Shown here piece by piece: positions 1 through 12,589 of a DNA stretch of 64,000 nucleotides. Made by a program: the position numbers and the translations under genes. This stretch comes from an uncultured Planctomycetaceae bacterium (GTDB lineage Bacteria; Planctomycetota; Planctomycetia; Isosphaerales; Isosphaeraceae), in assembly GCA_963833985.1 (NCBI GenBank), contig CAWIAD010000002.1, forward strand, positions 3,360,001 to 3,424,000, written 5' to 3'. The notes under the pieces are model-generated. The model was given only the letters and a program-made list of their open reading frames with translations, was not told where the DNA came from and did no database searches. Positions within the stretch are counted from its first letter, which is position 1. Each line of letters opens with the position of its first letter.

Positions 1-441
1 CAGGGGCTGAACCAGGACCCGCGCGTGCACCTCAAGACCCTGTTCTCGCAAAAGTATGACGAGATGGTGCTGATTCGGGACATACGTTTTGTTAGTTTTT
101 GTGAGCATCACTTATTGCCAGTCATAGGAAAGGGGCATGTGGCCTACATTCCCAATGGCAAGGTGATCGGGCTCTCGAAGATTCCCCGTGCGCTCGATGT
201 GCTGTCCAGGCGGCCCCAGATGCAGGAACGCCTCACCGAGGAGCTCGCTGACCTGCTGATGAAGGAGCTTGGCGCCAAGGGGGTGGCCGTGGTCATCGAG
301 GCCAGCCATAGTTGCATGACGATCCGGGGGGTCAACAAGCCTGATAGCTCGTTCGTCACCAGCGCGATGCGAGGCGCTTTCAAGGAGAAACTGGCGACGC
401 GCTCCGAGGTGATGTCGCTGATCTTCGGGTCCAAGAGCTGA
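1..441 (+). CDS. folE: GTP cyclohydrolase I (5' end beyond the window)
   Basis: Motifs [28 protein letters not shown] and HSCMTIRGV; the frame is open to base 1. Confidence 0.96.
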   Translation, partial: QGLNQDPRVHLKTLFSQKYDEMVLIRDIRFVSFCEHHLLPVIGKGHVAYIPNGKVIGLSKIPRALDVLSRRPQMQERLTEELADLLMKELGAKGVAVVIEASHSCMTIRGVNKPDSSFVTSAMRGAFKEKLATRSEVMSLIFGSKS

Positions 442-544
442 TCCGTACAGGAACTCGCCCGGGTGCTTGCGGCGAGTTCGCCCTGCCGGCCCCCTCGTGT
501 CCGGCGGGTGTTTCCAGACGCCCCTGAGCGGGCCGGGACAGACC

Positions 545-1327
545 ATGCCGCAGTACCCGCCCATGCTGGCCGACTTCTCCGTACGGCTTGCTTTCGGGCT
601 CGCCACGCTTTTGCTGGCGACCCGCTGGCAGCGCGTTCCCCTGCCTTTTTTTCGGACGCAATGTCAGATCATCCTGGGCCTGGTGGTCCTCGCGTCGCTC
701 GACGCGTCGCGATCCACACAATCCGCAGCACTGGTCTGGACCACCATCCTGGCGGCCTTGCTCGCCTATTTCGCCGCCGTGGCATGGGGGCTGGGGCTGG
801 TGCGGATCGCGCAGCCAACCACGTGTCTGGTCGTCATCGCCACGCTGGTCTGGGTAACCATTGCCTCCTTTTCCAGCTCCGGCTCGCGTCCCGTGGAGGT
901 CTTCAACACGGCAAGCCGGCTCGCCTCCGGCCTGCTGCTGGGCGCATCGTTGACGGCAATGCTGCTGGGGCATCACTACTTGACGGCACCCACCATGTCC
1001 ATCGAGCCGCTCCGGCAGTACGTACGGATCATGGGAGCCGCACTGCTGCTGCGCGGAATGCTGGCGATCGGCGGTCTCTGGCTGGCGCACATCCTGTCCA
1101 CGGGGGGCGAAGCACAGGCGACCGAAAACGGGATCACGCTCCTCTGCGCCGCACGCTGGGCCGTGGGGTATGCGGGGCCCATTCTCGCCACCATCCTCGC
1201 CTGGAAGACGGTTCAGATCCGATCCACACAGTCGGCCACAGGCATCCTCTACGTCGCGACCGCACTGGTCCTCTTTGGCGAGCTCACGTCGCTGATCAGC
1301 ACCCGGGCCGGCGGTCTGTCAGGGTAA
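545..1327 (+). CDS. Multi-pass membrane protein, function unknown
   Basis: About 8 hydrophobic segments; motifs MLLGHHYL and STQSATGILYV; ATG at 545 chosen over the upstream ORF-track start. Confidence 0.75.
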   Translation: MPQYPPMLADFSVRLAFGLATLLLATRWQRVPLPFFRTQCQIILGLVVLASLDASRSTQSAALVWTTILAALLAYFAAVAWGLGLVRIAQPTTCLVVIATLVWVTIASFSSSGSRPVEVFNTASRLASGLLLGASLTAMLLGHHYLTAPTMSIEPLRQYVRIMGAALLLRGMLAIGGLWLAHILSTGGEAQATENGITLLCAARWAVGYAGPILATILAWKTVQIRSTQSATGILYVATALVLFGELTSLISTRAGGLSG

Positions 1328-1592
1328 GCCGCACAGCGCCCTGACCCGCTCCTGCACGGGCCCGCCCGCGCGGGCTCCAAGGCCGGTCCCCTTTCCTGCA
1401 ATCCGGCAAGCAATCCACGCATGGGGACATCTCCACTGCTGTGTGCTCACCCACGCGCATGGATGCGACGATTCCAGGCACGCCTGCATGGACATTTTCA
1501 GGCCGCGCCGCCGCGCCACGACCTATAGAAACGATAGAGCCTGCCGCGCAGGAACGACGATCGGCCAGCGGGCTTGCAGGCACGAATGCAGG

Positions 1593-1611
1593 ATTAGTGC
1601 ATAGCACTAAT
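1593..1611. promoter_or_regulatory. Putative transcription-factor operator
   Basis: Perfect dyad ATTAGTGC-ata-GCACTAAT in an AT-rich patch upstream of the gene at 1989. Confidence 0.4.
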
Positions 1612-1988
1612 GATGGATTCACATAGTTCTAAGAGACTAGTAATGACTTTCCTTTTCAAAGATTCATGGATAGGTTCTTGACAACACTAATGTGCGGGGT
1701 GATATTAACTCGCCGCTTGCAGCTGGCATGAGCGTCGCGCGCGACGCACAGCCCTTGAGACTCTGCGCAGAGCCCGGCCAACCTGACCTGACTTCCGGGG
1801 CAGAAGTGTCCTGAGTTCGAGAGCACGATCTCCCGGAACGACCCTGGTCGACGACGGACAAGAGTGAATCCATGACGGTTCGATTGCCGGGACGCGGTTC
1901 CAGCCCGGTCGCTCCCCGCGCGGTGCGGTAGTGCTACCAGGCACGGCAACTGTGTTTCGCTGGTTCACTTGAACACAGGAGATGAGCC

Positions 1989-3341
1989 ATGCTTCAAAAG
2001 TTGACGCAGCGATTCTTCACACCGGCCGTTCGGCGCAGAAGAACGAGCCGCCGGCTCCAGGTTGAGAGCCTTGAAGGCCGTGCATTGCTTACCGGAACAG
2101 TGACAGGCCTCACTCTCCCTTACGGTGCCACCCTCACGACCGGTTTCGTGTCGGCGAACGGGGACATGTTCTTCGGGGCCCATGACGCGACCCATGGCTA
2201 CCAGCTCTGGGAGAGCAACGGCACCTCGTCCGGTACCCAGATGTTGACGAATATCAACGCTCCTTACGGGATCTGCCCTTCTTACCTCACTGCGGTGGGC
2301 AACACTCTGTACTTCTCCGCCAACGACGGCCACGACGGAATGCAACTCTGGAAGAGCAACGGTACGCCGGGCGGCACCACCATGGTCACCACTGTCAACC
2401 CGGGACTCGGGCTCATGCCCAGCTCGATCACCAACGTGAACGGTACAGCCTACATGATCGGCTACAAGTCCGGCGCGGGGCACCAGATCTTCAAGAGCGA
2501 CGGTACCGCCGGCGGGACGGTCGCGGTGACGAATATCAACCCGACGGGCGGCGGCGCCAACGCCTCGCAACTCACGGCGATGGGCAGCACGCTCTTCTTT
2601 CGCGCCAACGACGGCAGTCATGGATACCAGCTCTGGGATACCACCGGCAGCGGAGCGACCATGCTGACCACATCGAACTACAGTGGGGCGGGTACGCTGC
2701 CCGGGTGTCTCACGGCGGTCAGCGGTACGCTGTTCTTCGATGGCTACGACGGTTCGGGCTACCAGCTCTGGGAGAGCAATGGCACTGCCGGCGGTACGCA
2801 GAAGCTCACCAGTGGCGGCCCTGCGCATGTCGGTTTGATGCCGGCATCACTGACGGCCGTGGGAAACGAGCTATTCTTCTCGGCCAGCGACGGCACGCAT
2901 GGCAGCCAGCTCTGGAAAAGCAATGGCTCGGCCAGCGGCACGGCGATGGTCACGAATGTCAATCCCGGTCCGATGGGGCTCGCACCCAAGTCGCTGACAG
3001 CGATTGGAAGCGAACTCTACTTCGCGGCCTGTGACGGGACCCATGGCAGCCAGCTCTGGAAGAGCGACGGCTCATCGAGCGGCACCGTCATGGTCACCAC
3101 CATCAACGGCAGTTCGGGCTGCTACCTGGGGAACCTGACCAACGTGAACGGCACACTCCACTTCACCGCCTACACCGCTGCCAACGGCTACCAGGTCTGG
3201 CAAAGCAACGGCACGGCGCAGGGGACCGTCATGGACACCACCATGACTCAGGGAAAAACCTCGGCACCCTCGAACCTCACGCCCCTGGCAGGAGCTCTAT
3301 TCTTCACGGAACCAGGCGCGTCACTCTGGGTCCTGTCGTGA
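1989..3341 (+). CDS. Extracellular ELWxxDGT-repeat protein
   Basis: Planctomycete leader RRLQVESLEGRALL followed by about 8 repeats of LxFxAxDGxHGxQLWxSNGT. Confidence 0.9.
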   Translation: MLQKLTQRFFTPAVRRRRTSRRLQVESLEGRALLTGTVTGLTLPYGATLTTGFVSANGDMFFGAHDATHGYQLWESNGTSSGTQMLTNINAPYGICPSYLTAVGNTLYFSANDGHDGMQLWKSNGTPGGTTMVTTVNPGLGLMPSSITNVNGTAYMIGYKSGAGHQIFKSDGTAGGTVAVTNINPTGGGANASQLTAMGSTLFFRANDGSHGYQLWDTTGSGATMLTTSNYSGAGTLPGCLTAVSGTLFFDGYDGSGYQLWESNGTAGGTQKLTSGGPAHVGLMPASLTAVGNELFFSASDGTHGSQLWKSNGSASGTAMVTNVNPGPMGLAPKSLTAIGSELYFAACDGTHGSQLWKSDGSSSGTVMVTTINGSSGCYLGNLTNVNGTLHFTAYTAANGYQVWQSNGTAQGTVMDTTMTQGKTSAPSNLTPLAGALFFTEPGASLWVLS

Positions 3342-3486
3342 CGTGAGCCAGCACAGGGTAACGATGGCACTCCGCAGCTGCGGAGTGCCACGCAATTGCA
3401 CGCGATGAAGCGTGCCGTTTACCGACTGGGCAGACGACGCACCTCGAGCGAAGACAGGCGTTCGCTCGAGGTGTCGTGTCATTGCA

Positions 3487-4260
3487 TCAAGCGTTGGCGA
3501 GGGACGTGCGCCGGCGCAGCCAGGCAATACCCAGAAGCGGAATCGGCAGGCCGATGAGCATGGTGACCATGCTTGCCGGCTCCGGAACGGCAGTGGCCTT
3601 CGACGTGACCGAGAAGCCGTCGACCGGACCTGTGCCCGGCACGAGGCTGAAAGAAATGTAGTTGGTCAGCATGTAAGGCGAGGCGAAGCTGGTGATCATG
3701 GTCGAAGCGCCGTTGCCTTCGAAGTCCGGGCCCGTCTTGGTCGACGCCACTGTGTACAGCGGGGTTGACGGGGACGCGTTGAAGGTACTGTCCGCCATGT
3801 GCGAGTTCCCCGTGCCGGCGTTGTTGAAGTTGCCGGTGGACGAGCTGGCGAGCGTTCCAGAGGATGCACCCGAAGTGGTGAAGCCGCTTTCCGTCTCGGT
3901 GATCGTCAGGCTGGTGCTTCCTGTCATGCCCGAGGGAATGGAGATTCCGCCGGAGAGCGACAGGATGCCCCCAGCTTGCGCACTGCCGTAATTGCTGCTG
4001 CCGCCGAGTGCCGAGAACTGGTAGGCCGACCCGGCGCCCGCGAGGAGGCCGTTCAGTGTGGTCAAGTCCACAGTTCCGTAGTTCGTCGAAGACGCACCAC
4101 TCAGGACCAGCCCATCCACGGGGATGGTCACACCGTTGGCCACAATGGTGATCGAGATGATCTCGGCGGATGCCGATCGGCTGGCGATCGGCAACAAGGC
4201 AAGACCGCATGCGATCCCTGTCAGGATCCCCCAGCGGTGAAACGTGGCGACTTTCCTCAT
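3487..4260 (-). CDS. PEP-CTERM surface protein
   Basis: Signal peptide, Ser/Thr/Gly-rich body, C-terminal VPEPAS + TM helix + LRRR. Confidence 0.9.
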   Translation of the reverse strand: MRKVATFHRWGILTGIACGLALLPIASRSASAEIISITIVANGVTIPVDGLVLSGASSTNYGTVDLTTLNGLLAGAGSAYQFSALGGSSNYGSAQAGGILSLSGGISIPSGMTGSTSLTITETESGFTTSGASSGTLASSSTGNFNNAGTGNSHMADSTFNASPSTPLYTVASTKTGPDFEGNGASTMITSFASPYMLTNYISFSLVPGTGPVDGFSVTSKATAVPEPASMVTMLIGLPIPLLGIAWLRRRTSLANA

Positions 4261-5246
4261 GCGTCAACTCCTGTTGTCAAAATACAGTTCAGTCTCATTC
4301 CGCGAATTGATCGTGTCCATGAAAACAATGGTTCATCCTTGTGTGCATTTTCCGGTCGAGCCTCTGGCAGCTTCGTTCCATGATGCTCCGCTTGATCGGG
4401 GCCTTCCCCGCCATCACTCCTTGTGTTCAATGTTGCGTGTGCGCACTCGACTTGCCTTTCCCGCAAAGGCGTTTACTCGTTCCCCGCCGACGTCCAAGAG
4501 GCTCGACCTGTCGTCTCGGTAACCTTTCTGGACAGCTTCATGCTTTGACGGATCTGGACGCTCGCACGAGTTTGCACCTTGGGGATATCGTGGCGGCATA
4601 GGCCTGTAAACGAGAAAGCGTGAATCTTAATCGCTTTTAATAATGTCTACGAAATAATTCTCATAATTGCTTACCCAAGAAACAGAGCTGTGCTTGCAAA
4701 CCCTGACCGCGTAAAGACCTGAGAAGACATGATGATGAGCGGAGGCGTCCGGGGTCCGGACTCACATGGCGTTTTTTGTCAACAATGTTTTTCAGGATTC
4801 CGGGCACGTAAGCGTGGTTTCGAAGAGCCTGCTGAGCGATTCTCCGAGAAACCGAACGAGTCGAGGTATTGACAAGCCTGTCTCACTTCATGTCCGGCTG
4901 CGAGCGAGCGTGTCCGCGTGCTTTCGGGTGCGGGCGACGTTGGGCATTGGTGCACAAGATTGCTCGCCCAGCCGAGACCGAATGGCGGCTGGGAGGCCAA
5001 CGGGTGACGCGGGCCTCATGGGCCTCATGTCTTACTTCTATTCTTGCTTCCAGAAATCCGCTAGAATCTATGTGCTGGCAGCGAGATACCTTCTGGGTAC
5101 CACGTCATCGCGTGAAGCCCGGGAAGTTCGGCCTGATCTCTCGCATGGAGATCCGTTCCGTTCACCGCGGGATGCACGACCCTCCCGGGGCTGAACTATC
5201 TCCGTATCCCGTTGCCCAGCCAGGATCGCCGCCGGCGTGTAACTTC

Positions 5247-5765
5247 ATGGAGCTGACGTACCTTTGTGCCGAGTGCGGGACCGTGAACCGGGTGGAGTCT
5301 CTGGCAACAGCCGGGCGGGCGGCTTGCCGGGCTTGCCGGGCTGAGCGCCCGCTTCACCACGAACTGATCGAGGGCGGCGCGTTGCGGGCGTGTCCGTGGT
5401 GCGCAACGGAAGATCTCTACATCCAGAAAGACTTTCCCCAGGGGCTCGGCCTGTTCATCGTGATCGTCGGCTTCGTGATCAGTACGGTCTTCTGGTATTT
5501 CGAGAAGCCCCTTTTTACCTACCTGGTGCTTCTTGCCTCCGCGCTGCTGGACATGGTGCTCTATTACCGGGTGCCCGACGTCACCATCTGCTACCGCTGC
5601 TTGAGCCAGGTCCGTGGACCCGGTACGAACCCGGACAGTCGCTTCCGTCCCTTCGATCTGGCCATCGCTGAGCGCTATCGCCAGGAACGCCTGAGGATCG
5701 AGGAAATACGGAAGCGTGGCAACACGGCCCAGGCAACCCCGTCCAACGTGTCCAGCTCTCACTGA
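5247..5765 (+). CDS. Membrane protein with zinc-ribbon CxxC motifs
   Basis: Four CxxC pairs (CAEC, CRAC, CPWC, CYRC) and two TM helices; ATG at 5247. Confidence 0.75.
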   Translation: MELTYLCAECGTVNRVESLATAGRAACRACRAERPLHHELIEGGALRACPWCATEDLYIQKDFPQGLGLFIVIVGFVISTVFWYFEKPLFTYLVLLASALLDMVLYYRVPDVTICYRCLSQVRGPGTNPDSRFRPFDLAIAERYRQERLRIEEIRKRGNTAQATPSNVSSSH

Positions 5766-5861
5766 CTCACTCGGAACACCGGGTGAGATGAGTTCTTTTT
5801 GTCCTGGTCCCGCGGGAGACGGCCCGATCTTCCGCCCTGCCATCGAGGTCCACCGCCTGCC

Positions 5862-8800
5862 GTGGATGAGCGTCGTGCCCGAATCTACGAGGATTTGCGA
5901 GGGGTCGTCACGGGCGAGCTCCATTTCGAGCCGCTCGATCGTGCCCCATACGCACACGACGCCAGCCTGTACGAGATCGATCCGCTGGGCGTGGTCGTTC
6001 CGCGCACCCAGGACGACGTCGTCACGGTTGTCCGCTACGCCAGCGAGCATCAGATTCCGCTGCACGCTCGTGGTGCGGGAAGCGATACCGCCGGCGGCAG
6101 CCTGGGCGATGGGCTGGTCATCGACTTCAGCCGCCATCTCAGGAAGATCGTCGCCATCGCCACAGACCATGTGGTTGTCGAGCCCGGTGTGGTGTTGCAG
6201 ACGCTGAATGCCGAGCTGGCACCTCTGGGCCGGCGATTGGAGCCCGTGCCCGCCAACGCCAAGATCGGTACCGTGGGCGGGATGATCGGCGTCGATTCCG
6301 CGGGCGGCCGCTCGGCGCGGTTCGGTTCCATGAGCGACCAGGTCGAGCAGCTTCGGGTGGTCCTGGCGCAGGGAGAGGTTGCGGATCTCGGCTTCAGGCC
6401 GTGGCCCGACTACGATGCTGAGGCGGTCACCTTTCCGGACCTGATCGTCCGCAAGCTTCAGAATGTCTACCGACAAAGTCAGAAGCGGCTCTCCCGGCTG
6501 ATGCCTGCCGTCCCGCGCAACCGTGCCGGTTATGCATTCGGGCGCGCAGCCGGTGCCGAGGGGGTGAACCTCGCCCGGCTGGTGAGCGGCTCGGAGGGGA
6601 CCCTTGCCCTTGTCTTGCAAGCGGTGCTCAGGACGGTGCCCCTGCCGGCGGCCCAGGCGGTCGTCGTCCTCCCCTTCGCGCGACTGGCTGACGCGGCCGT
6701 GGGGGCCAGCCTCTGCCTGGAGCTCGGGCTGGAGCCCTCGATCTGCGATCTCTACGACTGGAGGCTGCTGAGCCTGGCACGCGACGCCGATGAGTGCTTC
6801 CACGCCTGGATTGACGAGGCGGCCGAGTCGGTTCTGATCGTCGAATTCGAGGGAGACAGCCAGGACGAGGTCACCGGCAAGACGCGCATGCTTGCGGAGC
6901 GGATCGGCCGCGAAGGACTGCTGAGGTCCGACCCGGTGACCGTGCACCGCCGCGCCGAGTGCGAGCAGGTGGTGGCCCTGCGGCGACTGGCCGAACCCCT
7001 GCTGCTGAAGTCGCGAAGCCGATCCAGGCCGCTGGCGATCATGGACGACCTTGCCGTGCCGCCGGACCGGCTCGCCACGGTGCTGCACCAGCTTCAGAAC
7101 GTCCTCAAGCGGCACAACGTGCTCTGGACCTTGAATGCCTACGCCGGGGATGGCCGCATACGTCTGCGACCGTTTCTGGACCTGGCGGACCCGGCCGACC
7201 GTGCGCGGCTGGAACCCCTGACTCGTGAAGTCTACGAACTGGCAATCGACGCTGGTGGGACGGTCTCGGCGGCACAGGGCTGCGGCCTGGCCCGCACCCA
7301 GTTCTTGCCTCGCCAGTACGGCGAGCTGGTCGCGGTGTTCCGGGAGATCAAGGACGCCTTCGACCCCTCGAACCTGCTGAACCCTGGCAAGGTCGTGGGC
7401 GACGATCCTCACCTCATGCTCCGGCATTTGAAGCACTTCCCCGCGTCCCTGCCAGAATCCCAGAACGGGAACGGGACCCTCGCCACCCCCGGCGAACCTT
7501 CGAAGATCCATGGCGAGGACGCGACTCTGCCAGCTTCAGACTCGGCTGAAGGAGGCGGAGCCTGCATCCTTCCGGTCCTGCGCTGGCCCGAGCCTGGAGC
7601 GGAGGCGATGGCCGCGGCTTGCCACGGCTGCGGCGAGTGCCGCAATCTTGATCCCGCGTTGCGCATGTGCCCGAGCTACCGGGCCCATCGCCGCGAGGCG
7701 GCAACTCCCAGGTCCCAGGCCAACCTGATCCGCCAGATCGCGGTCGGGCAGATCGATCCGAAGCTCTGGGGGACCGAGCAATTCAAGGCCCACGCCGGGC
7801 TCTGCATCCATTGCAAGCTTTGTCTCAGCGAGTGCCCGGCGGGAGTGGACGTCTCCAGCTTGATGCTCGAGGCCAAGGCCGCCTTCGTCGAGAACCATGG
7901 CCTGCCGCCCAGCGACTGGGTCTTCTCGCGCCTGGAGATGTGGGCGCGGCTGGCCAGCCGTTTCCCCATTCTTGCCAATTTCCTGATGTCGCGCCGCAGC
8001 GCCCGCTGGTTGATCGAGCGCACCCTGGGAGTCTCCCGGCACAGGGTCCTGCCGCGCGTCCGGCGCACCCCGTTCACGCGCCGGGCCATGCACCTGGGGC
8101 TGGCCCGGCCGCGGCCGCACCAGTCCGGCCCGCGCGTCGTCTACTTCGTGGATGTGTACGCCAATTATTATGATCACGAGCTGGCCGAGTCGGTGGTGGC
8201 CGTGCTGCAACAGGCCGATGTGAACGTCTTCGTGCCCCCTCGCCAGCGGAGCTGCGGCATGGCCTCCTTGATCGTTGGCGACATCGACCATGCGCGTGAT
8301 CTTGCCCTGAACAACCTGCGCGTGCTGGGCAACGCCGTGCGCGACGGCTACACCGTGGTCTGCTCCGAGCCGACCGCGGCGCTGATGCTCCGGCACGAAT
8401 ATGTCAAGCTGACCGACGACCTCGACGCCGAGCTGGTCGCTCAGAACACCATGGACCTGGGCCAGTATCTTGTCGGCCTGGACGTGCGCGGCCAGCTACC
8501 CCGCCCGCACGCACCTCTGAACGCCCGCGCGGGTTACCATCAGCCCTGCCATCTGCTGCGCTGGAGGTCGGCATGCCGGGCTTCGACCTGATCCGGCACA
8601 TACCCGGACTGGATGTCGAGTTCATCAATCGCGGCTGCTCTGGAATGGGAGGCACCTACGGGCTCGGCCGCGAACAGTTCCGCACCTCGCTGCTGCCGGC
8701 CGCGAGCTGCTCCGGAGACTCAAGGACGACGACATCGAGGTGGGCGTCACGGAATGCGGCGCCTGCCGGATGCAGATGGAGCAGGGCTTGACGAAGCGGA

Positions 8801-8898
8801 CGCTGCACCCGATCAAGCTGCTGAGCCTGGGATACGGCCTGAACCCGTCGCTCCGTGAGCGTTTCAAACAGAGCAAGCCGCGGCACGTCATGTCGTGA
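5862..8898 (+). CDS. FAD-linked oxidase fused to Fe-S/CCG domains (GlcD/GlpC-like); two frameshifts near 8557 and 8694
   Basis: FAD-binding region RGAGSDTAGG and GSEGTL, ferredoxin motifs CHGCGEC and CIHCKLC; the repaired C-terminus reads HQPCHLRALEV...GCSGMGGTYG...TECGACRMQME...HVMS*. Confidence 0.9.
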
Positions 8899-9605
8899 GG
8901 GTTGGCCTCGGCCCGCAAGAGCGCTGCCTACGAGGAGTCTGCCCCGGCTGGAAGGCCGCGACAATCGGGGTGTCTGCCCGGGTCTTCCGTCAGACGGCAT
9001 CACTCGTCGAGATGAACCGGAAGTCGCGGGCGCGGATCGCGGGAACGACCGTGGCAAGGCACTCGTCGCCGCGCTCGAGGAGCATTCGGCGATCGTCTCG
9101 CGCTGGAACCCGAAATTGCCCTGCTTGTCGGCGACGGCGCTTCGAGCCGGTGGAGGGGCACTCTGCCAGCGCGAGGGAACGAAATCCAGCGAGAAGGCCT
9201 GATTTCCGAGCTGCTGCTTGTGCTCTTGCGGGAATCCGGTATCTGCGGTAAAAGCCTCAAGCCAGTCATGTCTTCGATCAGCGACGCCAGGGGACAAGGC
9301 AAGATCACGGCCAGGGATGGCCACGGTCCGAGCCCGGTCGATGAATGCCCTCCGGGCCAGATCCTGTCGTTATGGCTGTCCGGGCGGGGTCCGATCATGG
9401 TCCCCTGGTTCCGACTGGAAGTTTCGGCCTGTCCGCAACGCCGTCTCGATCTGTCCGCCACGGCCAGCCGTCCGGCGGAGGACTGCCGCGGGCCTCGCCG
9501 CCGGTGATGCGGCGGTGCCGTGCTCCTCGGGGCGCGGCGAGCTCGGACGTGAGGCGATGTGCGGCGAGGCGTCTCAGGATCGGTTCGCTTCAGGAACGAT
9601 CGCTC

Positions 9606-12404
9606 ATGGGAAGATCCCGTAAACTGCTCTCACTGGCGCACCGCTCGGCCTGGTATCAGGCCGGCGCCGTGGTCTTCTGGCTGGCACTCCTGGCTGCCGA
9701 TCCGGCGGGCCTGTGGATCGCGGCAGCCATGCCTGGCAAAGCGACAAGCTTCCCGAGGGGACGGTCACCGAGCTGCGGATCGAGGGCAACACCACCATCC
9801 CCACGGACAAGGTGCGGGGCAAGCTGCTCAGCCGCGCCGGCCAGCCGCTCGACCAGCAAAAAGTCGAGGCCGATATCAAGAGCCTGTACGCCACCAAGTG
9901 GTTCTCCGAAGTGCAGGCGCGTTACGACGAAGCTCCGCCCCATAGCCACAAGTTCGTCCTGGTTTTCCGGGTACGCGAGATGCCCGTGATCAAGTCCGTC
10001 GAGTTCCGGGGCCGGAAGGGCGTGCCGCTCAAAGAAATCGAGGAGAATACGGACCTCAAGGTCGGCAACCGTGCCGACCCGACCAAGACCCGGCTCGCCC
10101 TGGGCCAGGTTCAGCGGCTTTACCAGGAAAAGGGCTACGAGCTGGCCGAGGTGAAGCTCATCGAGGGCGGGAATGCCGGTGACCTGAGAGTCATCTTCCA
10201 GATCTTCGAGGGCCCCAAGTTCAAGATCGCCAGCGTCGACTTCAAGGGGAACGTGTTCGCCTCCGACTCCCAGCTCTGGACCAAGATCGGCAGCCGCAAG
10301 CCGATCCTCGGCCTCCTGGGGGGCAAGTACCACCGCGAGATGCTCGAGGAAGACAAGGCGCAAGCTGACCGACTACTACCAGTCGCAAGGGTTCTTCGAG
10401 GTGAAGATCACACCCGTGACCCGGGCGGGTGCGAACCTGGGAGACATCAACCTGACCTTCGTGATCTCCGAGGGAACGCGCTACAAGGTGCGCAACCTTG
10501 TCTTCGAGGGAAACCACCAGCTCAAGACGGCCGAGCTGCGCGAGGGCTTGCAGCTGCACTCGGGCAAGCCGTTCCTCGACACGGTGCGCGAGGCCGATCT
10601 GAGATTGATGATGTCGCGTTACAACGCGCTGGGCTGCATCAAGACCGAGATCGCCTACGAGCCGCGCTTCACCAACGAGCTGGGCGTGGTCGACCTGGTG
10701 TACAAGATCGAGGAGCATGACCCGTACCTGCTGGGCGAGCTGAAGATCGTCGGCAACACACGGACCAAGGACAAGGTCATCCGCCGCGAGGCCGTGATGG
10801 CGGGTCTCTTGCCAGGCGAGGTCCTGGACAAGAACCGGATCGAGATTTTCCAGCGGCGGCTCCAGTCGCTGGGCTACTTCCACAACACGCCGGAGATGGG
10901 CAAGCCGCTGGAGATCAAGATCGTCAACGAGCGGCCCAAGGACAAGCCCTACGGGGACCTGATGATGCCGCTGCTGGGCGAGGGGGGATCGCAGGCCAGA
11001 ATGCAGGACCCGGGACCGGAGGTCGATCTGGTTCCGGCACCCGAGCCGCTCCCCGCGCCGAGTAACGTGCCCCGGCTGGAGCCGAACAACGGGCCGGCGG
11101 GCGCTGCCCCCTTCGGCGGAGGCAACCTTTTCAGTCCCGATCCGGATTCCACCCCTCCCATCGTGGTGCCACCGCCCAGGACCCCCGGCCGGCCGCCTGG
11201 CGCGGCGCCACCGCAGGGTCGGCCCTCGGCTGTGCCGCCGGTCGGGTCGGGAGAGCCCTCCGGTACCTTTCCCAGCGTGCCCGGCCTGAACATGACGGAC
11301 GTCGGGCCCGACCGCCAGGATCCGTTTCCCAATCGCGCGTTCGCGGACATCGTCACCGCCGTGGACGAGGCCCCCACCGGCCGGTTCATGGTTGGCGTGG
11401 CCGCCAGCAGCTTTCAGGGGCTCTTCGGCAACTTCACCGTCTACGAGAAGAACTTCGACCTCTTCAACTTTCCCAGGTCGTTCAACGACATCTTCAACGG
11501 GACGGCCTTCCGCGGTGCGGGCCAGGAGTTCCGCATCGACGTCCAGCCGGGCACAAACATCAACCGCTTCCAGGTCAGCCTGCGAGAACCGTACCTCTTC
11601 GACCTGCCCATCGGGGCCGGCGTCGCGGGCTACTGGTTCAACCGTTTTTACCCGGACTGGGACGAGCGCCGGGGTGGCGGCCGGTTCTCGCTTGGCCGGC
11701 AGTTCGGCACGAGCATCTACGCCGATACGGCCGTGCGGGTGGAAGACATCAATTTCTACGGCTTCCGCACGCCGGCCCCCGCGCAGTACCTGGCGGCCGC
11801 GGGCGAGTCGTTCCTGGCTTCGATCCGGCCGAGTCTCCGCTTCGACAACCGCAATAGCCCGTTCCAGGCGACGAAGGGACAGTACGCGGAATTCGCCGTC
11901 GAGCAGGGCTGGGGCACCTTCACCTGGTCCAAGTTCGACGCCGAGGGCCGTGCCTACTTCACCACCGGAACCCGTCCCGACGGGACCGGCAAGCGGTTCG
12001 TCACGCTCCGCGGACACTTCGGCATCGCCACGCAGGGCATTCCGGTCTACGAGCGGTACTTTGCTGGTAACTTCGGTAGCCTGCGCGGGTTCCAGTACCG
12101 CACCGTGAGCCCCCACGCCCTGGGCGTGCCGGTCGGTGGCGTGATGATGGCCCTGGGCTCAGTGGAGTACCAGTTCCCGCTCACCGCCAGCGATGCGTTC
12201 CAGCAGGTGGTCTTCACCGACTTCGGCACCGTGGAGGGCGACTACACCTTCACCAAGATCCGTGCCTCGATCGGTACCGGCCTGCGCATGAAGATTCCCC
12301 AGATGGGCCCGGTTCCACTGGGTTTCGACCTTGCCTTTCCCATCGCCTACGCAGAGGGCGACCGGCTGCGTTACTTCAATTTCAGCATGAGCGCCATGTA
12401 CTGA
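9606..12404 (+). CDS. bamA: Outer membrane protein assembly factor BamA; frameshifts near 9722 and 10358
   Basis: POTRA repeats (IEGNTTI, VGNTRTKDKVIRRE), barrel motif SLRGF and an aromatic C-terminal strand; three ORF pieces join into one gene. Confidence 0.9.
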
Positions 12405-12589
12405 GTGCGGCTGCCGGGTTCTTGTCGCAGCCGCGTGTGAAGTTCCCTCCTGGTTGTCAGAGCCCAGCCGGCTGGCATACTCTACAAGGAACGACCAACG
12501 ACGTCTCTCCGGGCGCCCCGGGCTGGAGCCACGGCCTGGCGCGGATCGGGTTCTCCGCCCTCTTCTCATGCTGGCTGCCGGATTCTTCG

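Noticed and set aside
5196..7511. Long antisense ORFs (also 10242-12116, 30482-32770, 44087-46714 and others)
   Set aside because: Shadow frames of high-GC genes with no motifs of their own.
8899..9605. ncRNA or hidden gene in the long spacer before bamA
   Set aside because: No recognisable RNA motif and no convincing ORF.
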